The notes: generated by a model from the letters alone, not told the origin. DNA of 64,000 nt from Desulfobacterales bacterium (GCA_049669725.1 JBATKU010000672.1:9286-73285); one strand, 5' to 3'; counted from the first letter of the stretch, positions 28,110 through 37,528 are shown. Translations and numbers: made by a program.

Positions 28110-28740
28110 AAAATTGGTAGCAATTTTTAAACATGCTTGAGCTTCTTGTAATTTCCTTTAATTTGTGAAAATGTCCAAACCAAAGAAAAGATGATAAAAT
28201 TTGGCATTATCAATTGCTACTACAGCAATACCTGATAAAGAGAAACGGGTTGAATTCAAACACAGAAATGGCAATGGGCTATGATTTTTCTGGATCTGAT
28301 CAAATTAGGTCAGAAGTAGGAAATTTAACAACGGCCAGCAGGAATTAAATAGTGATGCGCGTAACAAGAGTTTCTGTGTGAGTCTTAGATCAAATTTTGA
28401 TGAATCCTAAAATATATTAATTTGATTGTCAAAAGGAAAATCTCATTCACGTTTTGGAACAAATTTTGTCTTAAGTTTGTAAACTGCGAGCCTGAATCGA
28501 ATCTTTATAGGCACTCGAAAAATTTGAGATTAGCGAAAGGAAGGTGCAAATTATTGCGATGATTGGTTTATAGCATCCGACCGCGACACTTCGTTTTCCG
28601 GTTATTCATGGAAGAAACAAAAATTTGTTTCTTAGAAGCCGTAAGACACGATTCAACCATAGTGTGGGTTGCTCATACCGATTAGACAGTTTCCAAAAAA
28701 CCATCTACCATGATAGCCATATCTTGATTCCTTGAAATTT

Positions 28741-30054
28741 TTAAGCCATGTCGGCAAGGACATCGGCCAAAACCTTCATGCCGTGGTCAATCTCTGTCGT
28801 GCTGATATTTAGGTGGGGCCTAAAACGAATACTTTTGGGGCCGCTACCCACGACCAGCACCCTGGCCCGGGCGCATTTTTCCACAAACCGTTTCTTGTGT
28901 TCAGGGTCAGGCAGGTCAAAGGCGCAAAGCAGGCCCTGCCCCCTGACGTTGGATATTCTATCGGCAAAGCGGGACTGCAATTCCTGTAGTTTGGCCAGTA
29001 GATAGGAGCCCTGTCGGTCTGCTGCATCCACAAGCCTCTCGGATTCGATAATTTCCAGGATGCGTTTGCAGCGCACCATATCCACCAGGTTGCCTCCGAA
29101 GGTGGAACCGATTCGCATTGATCGCTGAAAGACATTGTCTTGCACCTCGTCCATGATCGGCCCGGCCAGCATACCGCAGACCTGGGTCTTTTTCCCGAAA
29201 CTGATAATGTCCGGCTGAACGCCGTGGTGCTCGTGGGCCCAGAAGCGTCCGGTGAGCCCAATTCCGGTTTGCACTTCGTCGAGGATGAAAAGGATACGGT
29301 GTTCGGTGCATAAATCCCTGAGCGCACCCATGAACTCCGGCCGGAAGTGATTGTCGCCGCCTTCACTCTGGATGGGCTCGATGATCAGACCGGCAACACG
29401 GTCCCCATACTGGTGAATGGCCTGCTTGACCTGGTCCAGCGCTCGCGCTTCGGTTCTGGACACCCGTTGCACCTCGGCGGCGTCAACCGGAAATTGAAGC
29501 TTGGGATTGTCGATCCGCGGCCAATTGAATTTGGGAAAGAATTTGGTCTTGTCGGGATTAAATGTATTGGTCAGGGATAACGTATATCCACTGCGGCCGT
29601 GAAAGGCCTCCTTGAAATGGATAATCATATCCCCCGGAGTGTCATCCCTGCCGGAAGTCTGGTTCAGCCGGCTCTTCCAATCGAAAGCGGCTTTTAAGGC
29701 GTTCTCGACCGCCAGAGCACCGCCTTCGATAAAAAAAGCATGGGGCAGGTAGGCGGGAATGGCCACCCGTGCAAAGATCTCCAAGAACCGGGCCATCTCC
29801 ACGGTATAGATATCCGAGCAGATCGGCTTTTGTATGGCCGCCCGGGTAAGCTCATCGCTGATTTCCACCATCTTGGGATGGTTGTAGCCAATGGCTTGGG
29901 ATGCATACATGGTGTAGAGGTCCAGGTACTCAGTACCGTCTTTTTGGTCCACAATCCAACTGCCGTGGGACCTGTCCAGGTCCATGACCAAGTCCATACC
30001 ATCGGCCAACATGTGCCGACCCAGAATCTTGTGAACATTCATATCCGTTTTCAT
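28741..30054 (-). CDS. lat: Class-III aminotransferase, L-lysine 6-transaminase-like
   Basis: 437 aa. The N-terminus ..HKILGRHMLADGMDLVMDLDRSHGSWIVD.. and overall layout resemble LAT. The substrate is not provable from sequence. Confidence 0.7.
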   Translation of the reverse strand: MKTDMNVHKILGRHMLADGMDLVMDLDRSHGSWIVDQKDGTEYLDLYTMYASQAIGYNHPKMVEISDELTRAAIQKPICSDIYTVEMARFLEIFARVAIPAYLPHAFFIEGGALAVENALKAAFDWKSRLNQTSGRDDTPGDMIIHFKEAFHGRSGYTLSLTNTFNPDKTKFFPKFNWPRIDNPKLQFPVDAAEVQRVSRTEARALDQVKQAIHQYGDRVAGLIIEPIQSEGGDNHFRPEFMGALRDLCTEHRILFILDEVQTGIGLTGRFWAHEHHGVQPDIISFGKKTQVCGMLAGPIMDEVQDNVFQRSMRIGSTFGGNLVDMVRCKRILEIIESERLVDAADRQGSYLLAKLQELQSRFADRISNVRGQGLLCAFDLPDPEHKKRFVEKCARARVLVVGSGPKSIRFRPHLNISTTEIDHGMKVLADVLADMA

Positions 30055-30338
30055 AATGCATCCTTACCTCTGTCGGTCTGTTGTTGCCAACATTTACCAT
30101 TATAAAACGAAATCCGCCAGTTGTTTATATGCTTCCCCGTAATCAACACCAAATCCTTCCGTACTTATATCGTGTTATTGAAATTGCAAATTAGCCAGGA
30201 CAAATACACCCCTTTTTAAGCCTTCGTTAATTTTGGGCCTCTATCGAATCTTTTAAAAGGAGGAGAAAATTTTGGATTAGCTGAAGAAATAAGGATTTTT
30301 TTGGAAATTCAAGGTGCAGGTCGATTTGTTCGGTTGAT

Positions 30339-31133
30339 TCAATCAACTTTTCGCCAGACGGTCCTGGCTCTTGCCAACTCCTGACCGTCCTGCTGTCGAA
30401 TGAGGCTGTGATGAAATGAGGTGTTTTGTGAATCCAGAGGGTGGCATGCGGCCAGTATGTAGTCTTCATAAAAGGCTTCGGCCAGAAAGTTGATTTCCAA
30501 TTCCGCCAGCACCGAGGTGTTTAAAATCCCGATTGGAATACTTTCCACCAGCCATTCCACAAAGCTCGCATTGTTGACATGCTGATTGATATCGAGATCC
30601 CTGTAACGGACGACAAACTTTTTTTCATGGGTGCGAAACTCCAATCCCGGCAGCTTGTCGAGGGTATCGGGCAGAATGTGATCACCCTCAAGGGGCTTGA
30701 GTCTCTCCACGAAGGGCCCGATTCGGACCGGGCGCCGTTTTTGAACATCCAGGACCAGCCAGGCCGAGACAGCCGCGGCAACGACCTGATTATCCTTATC
30801 CTGTAATTTAAAATCCCGCAGTGCAAATAACCGCTGGGCCCCCGAGGGCCAGGTACTTATTTTTATCTGATCTTGCCAGACGGGAAAGGATGCAATTTTT
30901 ATTTTAAGGCGCGAAAGCAGCCAGGTATAATTTTCGGAAAGCAACTGTTGAATCGACACCCCCAGCGCTTCTGCATGCCTGCTGGCAGCCTCCTGCATAA
31001 TATTGAATATCGAAAGAACGGATAGCCTGTGATGGCAATCCACCTCATACGATCTGATCTGATAGGCTTCCTGCCAGATATTTGGCTCGGGCATGGAGAC
31101 TGAAGTCTTGGGCAGTGGGCCGGATGTTGTCAT
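30339..31133 (-). CDS. Acyl-ACP thioesterase (double hot-dog)
   Basis: ..YQIRSYEVDCHHRLSVLSIFNIMQEAASRHAEALG.. plus a second hot-dog half (..VRYRDLDINQHVNN..). Confidence 0.8.
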   Translation of the reverse strand: MTTSGPLPKTSVSMPEPNIWQEAYQIRSYEVDCHHRLSVLSIFNIMQEAASRHAEALGVSIQQLLSENYTWLLSRLKIKIASFPVWQDQIKISTWPSGAQRLFALRDFKLQDKDNQVVAAAVSAWLVLDVQKRRPVRIGPFVERLKPLEGDHILPDTLDKLPGLEFRTHEKKFVVRYRDLDINQHVNNASFVEWLVESIPIGILNTSVLAELEINFLAEAFYEDYILAACHPLDSQNTSFHHSLIRQQDGQELARARTVWRKVD

Positions 31134-31410
31134 GGTCTATTGTCCGTCGTTTGGTTTTTTAACCAATCGGGATAAGATATAACCCTGCCCCGCCTAGCTG
31201 TCAATCTGAGTTAACCACCTTTGAGGCATGAATGCGAATAATTCTGCTTGTGGTACGACAAGATTTCACATTGTTGACAACCTGCATGGGCGTGGCTATT
31301 TTGAATTTATAACAAAAATTGTCTGCTATTTCGGTCAGTTTCAAAGTCTTTGTTATTGATGACCAATTACTGATCTGAAGTGATTTCAAACACCTTATGG
31401 AGTCAGGCTC

Positions 31411-31872
31411 ATGTCCAACAACTTAATGGCTATAAAATTGTTTGACGAAGGGATTGCCGCTTATTTGAAAAGCAACTTTAACGATAGCATAGTAATTTTC
31501 ACCCAGGCTCTCAAGCACGACTCCAAATTTGCGTTGGCCTATTCGAGCCGCGGCGCCGCCCACTTAAAAGCAGGCCACACCAAAAAAGCAATTCCCGACT
31601 TTAACCGTTCCATCCGGTTGAATCCGAACTATGCACGCGCCCACCACCTGCGCGGGCTGGCCTACGAGCAGATGGGGGATTTTGCGAGTGCTTATTGCAA
31701 TTTTGATCGCGCGCTTGAGATTGACCCGGACCTGGCGGTGGCCTATCGTAAACGGGATTGTGTGCTTGACAAGCGCCTTGATGATTGCATCGAGGTAGAA
31801 GACCTGGAAATGGCCGACCATCTGGCGGCCATGCGGGTAGCTTTGTTTTCACCTGACCAAAAGGCCGCATAA
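31411..31872 (+). CDS. Tetratricopeptide-repeat protein
   Basis: Three or four TPR units (..A..Y..RG.A......A..DF..AI.L.P..). Confidence 0.8.
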   Translation: MSNNLMAIKLFDEGIAAYLKSNFNDSIVIFTQALKHDSKFALAYSSRGAAHLKAGHTKKAIPDFNRSIRLNPNYARAHHLRGLAYEQMGDFASAYCNFDRALEIDPDLAVAYRKRDCVLDKRLDDCIEVEDLEMADHLAAMRVALFSPDQKAA

Positions 31873-31876
31873 GAAA

Positions 31877-32097
31877 GATGAACGTCCAACATCGAACGCC
31901 CAACGTTGAACATCGAATGATGATGTCGCTTTGCTCAGCAATTTAGATTCATCCGTTTACTATTTCTGTTTCTTTTCAGCTGCTTTAATACTCGCAACAA
32001 AATCCTTAGTTGATTTTTGTGTTTCCGTCTTTCCTCATTCAAAATTCGATATCGGACGTTCGATGTTCATCCTCTCAGTGTCCAATGTTCATCCTTT
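31877..32097. repeat. Heptamer-array hairpin (NNNGAAC units) between convergent genes
   Basis: GATGAAC GTCCAAC ATCGAAC GCCCAAC GTTGAAC ATCGAAT faces TTCGATATCGGACGTTCGATGTTCATCC, with a spacer of about 110 nt. Confidence 0.75.
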
Positions 32098-32104
32098 CAT
32101 CGTA

Positions 32105-33265
32105 TTATCTCGGCTCTATTCCATCCGCACTGATGCCCTCGATATAATATTTTTGATCGTTTAAAAAACTCAGGAATATAACAATAAAAGCCACTGCAGC
32201 TTCCAGCATCAAATTCTTGTTTTGATATAAAATGTCGAGCTGCCGGCGACGCAGCCGGCTTGACTTTTGACCGAAGTAAGTTGAAAACAGCCCGTCCAGC
32301 AATTGACTGCCGTCGGGTTTGGTTACCAAATTGCTTCTGCCGCTGTAACAATACTGCATCGCCTCCAGAATAAGCCCTCGCTGGGTCGCCACATCTTTAA
32401 CATGGTAGCTGATCAAATGGATTAGCGTACGCTGGGCTTCATTCAGGCCAGCCTCTGAGACGGCATCGAAGAGAAGTTTTTGTGACTGCTGCCCGGTATC
32501 CGGCGCATGTCGACGAATCATAGACAGGAGCACGGCATTCTTAAACAGCTGATACAGCCGCTTGGCGCCATTGATAGCCGTAGCGGGGGCATGTTCCCTT
32601 TTCGGTATGTATCCCTGGTAATTGTTAACAAACATGATCTGAAAAATGTTTTCAAAAAAATCAATCCGGGCCAGTGAATCCTCAAGATCAATGCGCAAAT
32701 CCAGGGTGTTGTCAAGGCGGTCCGCCAGTTTTACCTCGACAACCCCGGGCGAATTCTGAGCATTTTCCAGCAGCCTGCCGATATACTGGTAATAGGATTC
32801 ATTTTCAAGCCGGGTTAAGCTCAGCATGTTTTCGGTCAGGTGGGATTCATCTTCCGGCGCCATCCGATCTAGAAGCCCGTAAAGTTGTTCCTCCATGGTT
32901 ATCCATTCTTGAACCTCAAACTGGCCCGGCTTAATATCTTCAAGAATATCATGAAACAATAAGGTAAGGAGTTCGACCAGATCGAGACGATCACGGGTTC
33001 GGGTAAACAGGGCTGCGGCTCTCAAGGGATGTAAGACAGCCATCGGGCCCAGGTGTCGATGTTTCTGACGGTAAACGCTGAACAGATAGCCCAGCGCTTC
33101 CATAACAATACCCTTTTTCTCACGGTCTAAAGTATCATCATCATCCAGGCGCTTGTTGTCGGTGATATACATCAATACATTGTAGCGATTCAATGATGCC
33201 GCGCTCAGGTTATAATTTAGAGCAGATGACAATTTGAAAAATTCGGTCAGGTCAAAAAGCGGCAT
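32105..33265 (-). CDS. HD-domain protein resembling the RelA/SpoT (p)ppGpp-hydrolase domain
   Basis: ..LHPLRAAALF....LLTLLFHDILEDI.. (H...HDxxED). Probable start is ATG 33265, after a GGGGGA Shine-Dalgarno-like tract. No synthetase domain. Confidence 0.6.
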   Translation of the reverse strand: MPLFDLTEFFKLSSALNYNLSAASLNRYNVLMYITDNKRLDDDDTLDREKKGIVMEALGYLFSVYRQKHRHLGPMAVLHPLRAAALFTRTRDRLDLVELLTLLFHDILEDIKPGQFEVQEWITMEEQLYGLLDRMAPEDESHLTENMLSLTRLENESYYQYIGRLLENAQNSPGVVEVKLADRLDNTLDLRIDLEDSLARIDFFENIFQIMFVNNYQGYIPKREHAPATAINGAKRLYQLFKNAVLLSMIRRHAPDTGQQSQKLLFDAVSEAGLNEAQRTLIHLISYHVKDVATQRGLILEAMQYCYSGRSNLVTKPDGSQLLDGLFSTYFGQKSSRLRRRQLDILYQNKNLMLEAAVAFIVIFLSFLNDQKYYIEGISADGIEPR

Positions 33266-33513
33266 TCTATCATCCCCCCTAATGGTTAAACCGTAAATTA
33301 AGCGCACGAAATCCGCAACGCTAAATAATATCAAAATTCAACATAACTCGTTCCTTTTATCTTAATCAGACAACAGATAAAAATCAAGGCAGCTATTTTT
33401 TTACTGGCTTCGCCGGCCAAGATCAGGTAAGTTAGCGGCGGAACTAAATCCAATAAAACCGTATTTAACCCTGTCCCACTAAAAAACTACTTCAGATGGC
33501 GAGGAGCGCATTG

Positions 33514-34965
33514 ATGGGCCAAAGTGTAAACAAAATTTTAGAAATTTTCCAGCAGATCAATGAAATTCCGCGGTGTTCAAAAAATGAGAGAAAAATTGTT
33601 CTCTGGCTCAAGCAGTGGGCCGAGGGAAAACAATTCCCGGTAAAAGTGGATGCAGCCGGCAACATGGTGGTCACCGTGGCCCCGACTGCCGGATATGAGC
33701 ATTCACCGGGCATCGTCATCCAGGGCCATGTGGACATGGTCTGTGAAAAATCTCCCGACTCAGACCATAATTTTACCGAAGACCCTATCCGCCATGTATT
33801 TGACGGTGACTGGCTGAAGGCGGATAAGACCACTCTGGGCGCTGACAACGGCATTGCCATCGCCATGGCCATGGCCGCCGCAACCGATGATAAAGTGGCC
33901 CATCCGCAACTCGAGTTGCTGTTCACGGTTGACGAGGAAACCGGTTTAAATGGTGCCAAACTGCTCGAGCCCGGATTTGTGAAAGGCAAAATTCTGCTGA
34001 ATGTCGATTCGGAAACCGAAGGTGAGTTTACCGTCGGATGCGCAGGCGGCAGAAATACCCTTGTGTCCCGCCAGGTGACCTTTAAGGATCTAAACGGGGA
34101 CAGGGCCTTATTTACTTTAAATGTGCAGGGGCTGCATGGCGGGCATTCGGGAATCGATATCCACAAACAACGTGCCAACGCCAATAAAGTTCTGGCCCGC
34201 ACCCTGGATCAGCTAATCAAGACATGCCATATTCGGCTGGTTTCGCTAAAAGGCGGGTCGGCTCACAATGCCATTCCGCGGGATGCGGCTGCTGTATTCG
34301 CCTGTGATTCATCTGAGGCGGCAACTGTTGCTAAAACTGTCAGGGATTTTGAAAAAACGGTTCAATCCGAGTACGCGACCATCGAGCCTTCACTGGCCAT
34401 CGCCCTGACCCCGGTTGATTCCGGGCCAAATAGCAATAAGGGTCTCAGCCGGCAGGATACCCTTGAAGTGATTAATCTTATCTTGTCTGTTCCCCATGGT
34501 GTTATCGGAATGTCGCCGGATTTTAAAGGTCTGGTTGAAACCTCGAACAACCTGGCCACGGTAGAAATAACTGACGGATCTCTCCGGATATTAACCAGCC
34601 AACGAAGCTCGGTGATGTCCAGAATGGATGAGATTACAACGATTGTCAATGCCACCGCGGCCCTGGCCGGGGCCGACACCCAGTCCGACAGCGAATTTTC
34701 CCCCTGGAGGCCGGACATGCAATCAGCGGTTCTCAAGCGCTGCTCAGAAGTCTATCAAAAGGTGTCCGGCCGGGAACCAACAATACAATCGCTTCACGCC
34801 GGGCTCGAATGCGCCATTATCGGAGAAAAATATAAAGGCATGGACATGATTTCCTTTGGACCCACCATGGAAGATCCCCATTCACCAAATGAGCGGCTCT
34901 TCATCCCATCCATCGGACGGGTGTGGGATTTTATGGTAGCACTGCTTGAATCGTATAAACAGTGA
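33514..34965 (+). CDS. pepD: Aminoacyl-histidine (Xaa-His) dipeptidase, M20 family
   Basis: IQGHVDMVCEK, GADNGIA, LFTVDEETGLNGA and a PepD-like N-terminus (..IPRCSKNE..). GAGGAG lies 7 nt before ATG 33514. Confidence 0.88.
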   Translation: MGQSVNKILEIFQQINEIPRCSKNERKIVLWLKQWAEGKQFPVKVDAAGNMVVTVAPTAGYEHSPGIVIQGHVDMVCEKSPDSDHNFTEDPIRHVFDGDWLKADKTTLGADNGIAIAMAMAAATDDKVAHPQLELLFTVDEETGLNGAKLLEPGFVKGKILLNVDSETEGEFTVGCAGGRNTLVSRQVTFKDLNGDRALFTLNVQGLHGGHSGIDIHKQRANANKVLARTLDQLIKTCHIRLVSLKGGSAHNAIPRDAAAVFACDSSEAATVAKTVRDFEKTVQSEYATIEPSLAIALTPVDSGPNSNKGLSRQDTLEVINLILSVPHGVIGMSPDFKGLVETSNNLATVEITDGSLRILTSQRSSVMSRMDEITTIVNATAALAGADTQSDSEFSPWRPDMQSAVLKRCSEVYQKVSGREPTIQSLHAGLECAIIGEKYKGMDMISFGPTMEDPHSPNERLFIPSIGRVWDFMVALLESYKQ

Positions 34966-34969
34966 AAAG

Positions 34970-35440
34970 AAATGCCTAAAGTGCACTAAATTGCCTAAAT
35001 TGCCTAAAATTAAGAAATTCTATCTAAATGAGGGGTCGGAGAGTTTTCCGATCCCTGCTCTGGCCGCAAGGGAATAGCCCGTGCGAGCCGTAACAATGTT
35101 ATTGAGGAGCTTTCGTACGGCAGCTATCACGCTACGATTAGATCTGAACCAGACCCAAGATACATATTCCCACGGCGGCGATGATCGTCTCTGCCTGTAT
35201 GGGCTTATCGCAAAGGATAGGGGGCGTGTACGGAGTACGGTACGCATTTGTTGCGGCTCGCACGGGCTATTCCCTGGCGGACCGCTGACAATCGGTGAAA
35301 CGCTGACGGTTCACTCAAAATGAATTTAGGGAAAAACTCCCCGAGCCCTCATCTAATTTAGATCATTGCAAATTTAAAATGGAAACCTTCAATATTTAAT
35401 TTTAGGCATTTTAGCGCACTTTAGACATTTTAGGCATTTT
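34970..35440. repeat. Composite nested inverted repeat (about 470 nt) with a long near-perfect internal stem; candidate structured RNA or MITE-like element
   Basis: The outer arms are built of approximately 9-nt units (AAATGCCTA AAGTGCACTA AATTGCCTA AATTGCCTA, with the complement at 35397-35440). A middle helix pairs 35030-35049 with 35329-35350. The inner stem pairs 35064-35090 with 35254-35280, 27 bp with one mismatch. Confidence 0.7.
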
Positions 35441-35445
35441 CTTAG

Positions 35446-36609
35446 ATGGAAAAAATAGTAATTATAGGTGGGGGCGGCACCGGGGCTGCGATCGCCCATG
35501 ACCTTGTTCTGCGTGGGTTTGAGGTTTCGCTTTTCGAACGCGGCGAGCTTTTATCCGGAACTACCGGCCGCCATCATGGACTGCTGCACAGCGGGGCCCG
35601 CTATGCCGTTCACGATCCGGCGGCCGCGCGCGAATGCATCCAGGAGAATAAGATCCTGCGGCATATTGCGCCCCAGGCCATCGAACAAAACGACGGACTT
35701 TTCGTTGGGTTAGATGAGGCCGATCGGACCTTTAAATCATCGTTTCTGGAAAATTGTCGGGCGTGCGGGATTCCCACCAGAGAGCTAACCGCCAAACAGG
35801 CCCTGGCCCTGGAACCAGAATTAAACCCATCTCTTAAAATGGCGGTTCAGGTACCGGACGCCACCATCGATGCCTGGCGGCTGCCCTTGCATTTTTACGC
35901 CACTGCCAGAGCCAACGGTGCCCGCATCCACAATTTTTCCGATGTCATCGGCTTTTATCAAGCCAATGGCGCCGTCACAGGTATCCGGATTTTTGACCAT
36001 CAAACCCATCGTGAATTCGATGTTCAGGGGGATGTATTTATTAATGCAGCCGGTGCCTGGGCGGGAAAAATTGGTGCCCTGGCCGGGGTTCAGCTACCGA
36101 TTCTACCGGGACCCGGCGTAATGGTGGCACTCAATACCCGTCTGACAAATATGGTAATTAACCGGCTCCACAAAGCCGGCGAGGGAGACATTATCGTCCC
36201 TCAGCGCCAACTCACTATTCTTGGGACCTCAATCTGGCTGGCAGATGATCCGGATCATGTGGAATTGCCCCGGGATCATGAACACAGGTTAATTGAATTG
36301 TGCGCCAAACTGATCCCCCGGGTTAAGAAAGCAGATGTACATTCGACGTGGTATGCCATCCGGCCGCTGATTGCCCTGTCGCAGACAGGGAACCCGCTGG
36401 AGATCAGCCGCGACTTCGACTGCTTCGATCACAAAGATAGGGATAATCTGTCCGGACTTGTGTCGGTCATCGGCGGCAAGGCCACCACGTTAAGACTTAT
36501 GGCGGAAAAAACCGCCGATCTCATCTGCCGCCAAACCGGCCGGGATATTGCCTGCAAAACGAAAACCAAAAAATTGCTACACTATCGGCATTTTTACAAA
36601 CAAAACTAA
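35446..36609 (+). CDS. FAD-dependent oxidoreductase, glycerol-3-phosphate dehydrogenase (GlpA/GlpD)-like core
   Basis: IIGGGGTGAAIAHDL dinucleotide fold, GLLHSGARY and GGKATTLRLMAE. At 387 aa it lacks the C-terminal domains of full-length GlpA. Confidence 0.7.
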   Translation: MEKIVIIGGGGTGAAIAHDLVLRGFEVSLFERGELLSGTTGRHHGLLHSGARYAVHDPAAARECIQENKILRHIAPQAIEQNDGLFVGLDEADRTFKSSFLENCRACGIPTRELTAKQALALEPELNPSLKMAVQVPDATIDAWRLPLHFYATARANGARIHNFSDVIGFYQANGAVTGIRIFDHQTHREFDVQGDVFINAAGAWAGKIGALAGVQLPILPGPGVMVALNTRLTNMVINRLHKAGEGDIIVPQRQLTILGTSIWLADDPDHVELPRDHEHRLIELCAKLIPRVKKADVHSTWYAIRPLIALSQTGNPLEISRDFDCFDHKDRDNLSGLVSVIGGKATTLRLMAEKTADLICRQTGRDIACKTKTKKLLHYRHFYKQN

Positions 36610-36614
36610 TATTT

Positions 36615-36747
36615 AACCACGGATTGACACACCGGGAAAACAAAGAGATTAAAAGTAATACATAGAATATCAGCGAAGCGATTGATATTTTTGTTCGGCG
36701 GCCACGCCGAATAAAAGATCCGTGAAATTCCGTGTAACTCCGTGGTA
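36615..36747. repeat. Hairpin element between the flavoprotein and Fe-S subunit genes
   Basis: ACCACGGATTGACACACCGGG faces GATCCGTGAAATTCCGTGTAACTCCGTGGT. An inner hairpin TTCGGCG-GCCA-CGCCGAA is also present. Confidence 0.6.
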
Positions 36748-36761
36748 AAAAATTCTCTGCC

Positions 36762-37457
36762 ATGTCAATAAAGAAAATTACATTGAAAATCTTACGCTAC
36801 AAACCTGGCCACATCGATCCACCCCGGTATCAGGAATTCTCCATTGAGGCTGATCCGGAAATGAGGGTGCTGGATGCTCTGGAAGCAATCCGTCTCAAAC
36901 AGGATTCCACTTTGATGTACCGGCATTCCTGCCATCATTCTTCCTGCGGCACCTGCGCCTGTAAAATCAACGGCCGGGAGCGTCTGACCTGCACCACTAA
37001 ACTCACAGAATTTAAAGGGAAGACCATCACGCTGACACCCCTGGACGGGTTTAAGCCAATTGGAGATCTGGTAGTCGATATATCACCGTTTTATAAGGAC
37101 ATTTCTGAAAACTGGAGTTATCTTAAAAAGTCCGAAAATTTAAAAACCGCTCAATTGCCGAAAAGCATCAAAGAATTCGAACGCTTTGAAAACTGCATCG
37201 AATGCGGAGCCTGTATCTCAGCCTGCCCCGTAACCTCTAAAAACAAAGGCTTTGCAGGACCTGCAGTACTTGCGGCGGTGAGCAATGAAATAAGGAAATC
37301 ATCGCAAAAATTGGAAAGTCTTCTCGAACTAGCAGGCCATAAACACGGTGAGCGTCTATGTGAGCGGGCGCTGAACTGCAGCCGGGTATGCCCCACGGGA
37401 GTTTACCCGGCCAGGCACATAGCGGATCTGCGAAAATTGCTGGCAAGTAAAACATGA
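36762..37457 (+). CDS. Succinate dehydrogenase/fumarate reductase iron-sulfur-subunit-like protein
   Basis: SCHHSSCGTCACKINGRERLTC (2Fe-2S), CIECGACISACP (4Fe-4S) and CERALNCSRVCP (third cluster). Confidence 0.8.
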   Translation: MSIKKITLKILRYKPGHIDPPRYQEFSIEADPEMRVLDALEAIRLKQDSTLMYRHSCHHSSCGTCACKINGRERLTCTTKLTEFKGKTITLTPLDGFKPIGDLVVDISPFYKDISENWSYLKKSENLKTAQLPKSIKEFERFENCIECGACISACPVTSKNKGFAGPAVLAAVSNEIRKSSQKLESLLELAGHKHGERLCERALNCSRVCPTGVYPARHIADLRKLLASKT

Positions 37458-37528
37458 CCCGGTTGCTACAATAGTCTCTATTTATTCCTTTGCCTGATGG
37501 CAGATCCATATTACAAAAGGGGGGAACC

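Noticed and set aside
28190-28215. Second sigma-54-like string, TGGCATTATCAATTGCT, on the + strand.
   Set aside because: The GG-to-GC spacing is 11 nt instead of 10, and there is no + strand gene for more than 3 kb downstream.
31201-31389. 62-aa minus-strand ORF in the thioesterase/TPR divergent gap.
   Set aside because: It has no RBS, an odd composition and no motif. The region more plausibly holds promoters; a TTGACA-17-TATTTT candidate for the TPR gene lies at about 31274-31302.
35020-35323. Two overlapping ORFs on opposite strands (75 aa on the minus strand, 80 aa on the plus strand) in the pepD/glpA-like gap.
   Set aside because: They are mirror-image products of the palindromic element. 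Both are Arg/Ser/Thr-rich and lack an RBS or any motif. An RNA or DNA-level feature explains the region better.
34970-35440. Retron (msr/msd) or self-cleaving ribozyme interpretation of the nested palindrome.
   Set aside because: No reverse transcriptase gene is adjacent. The CTGACAA...GAAAC string at 35285-35301 does not satisfy the hammerhead CUGANGA/GAAA core. The region is kept only as an unclassified structured-element candidate.
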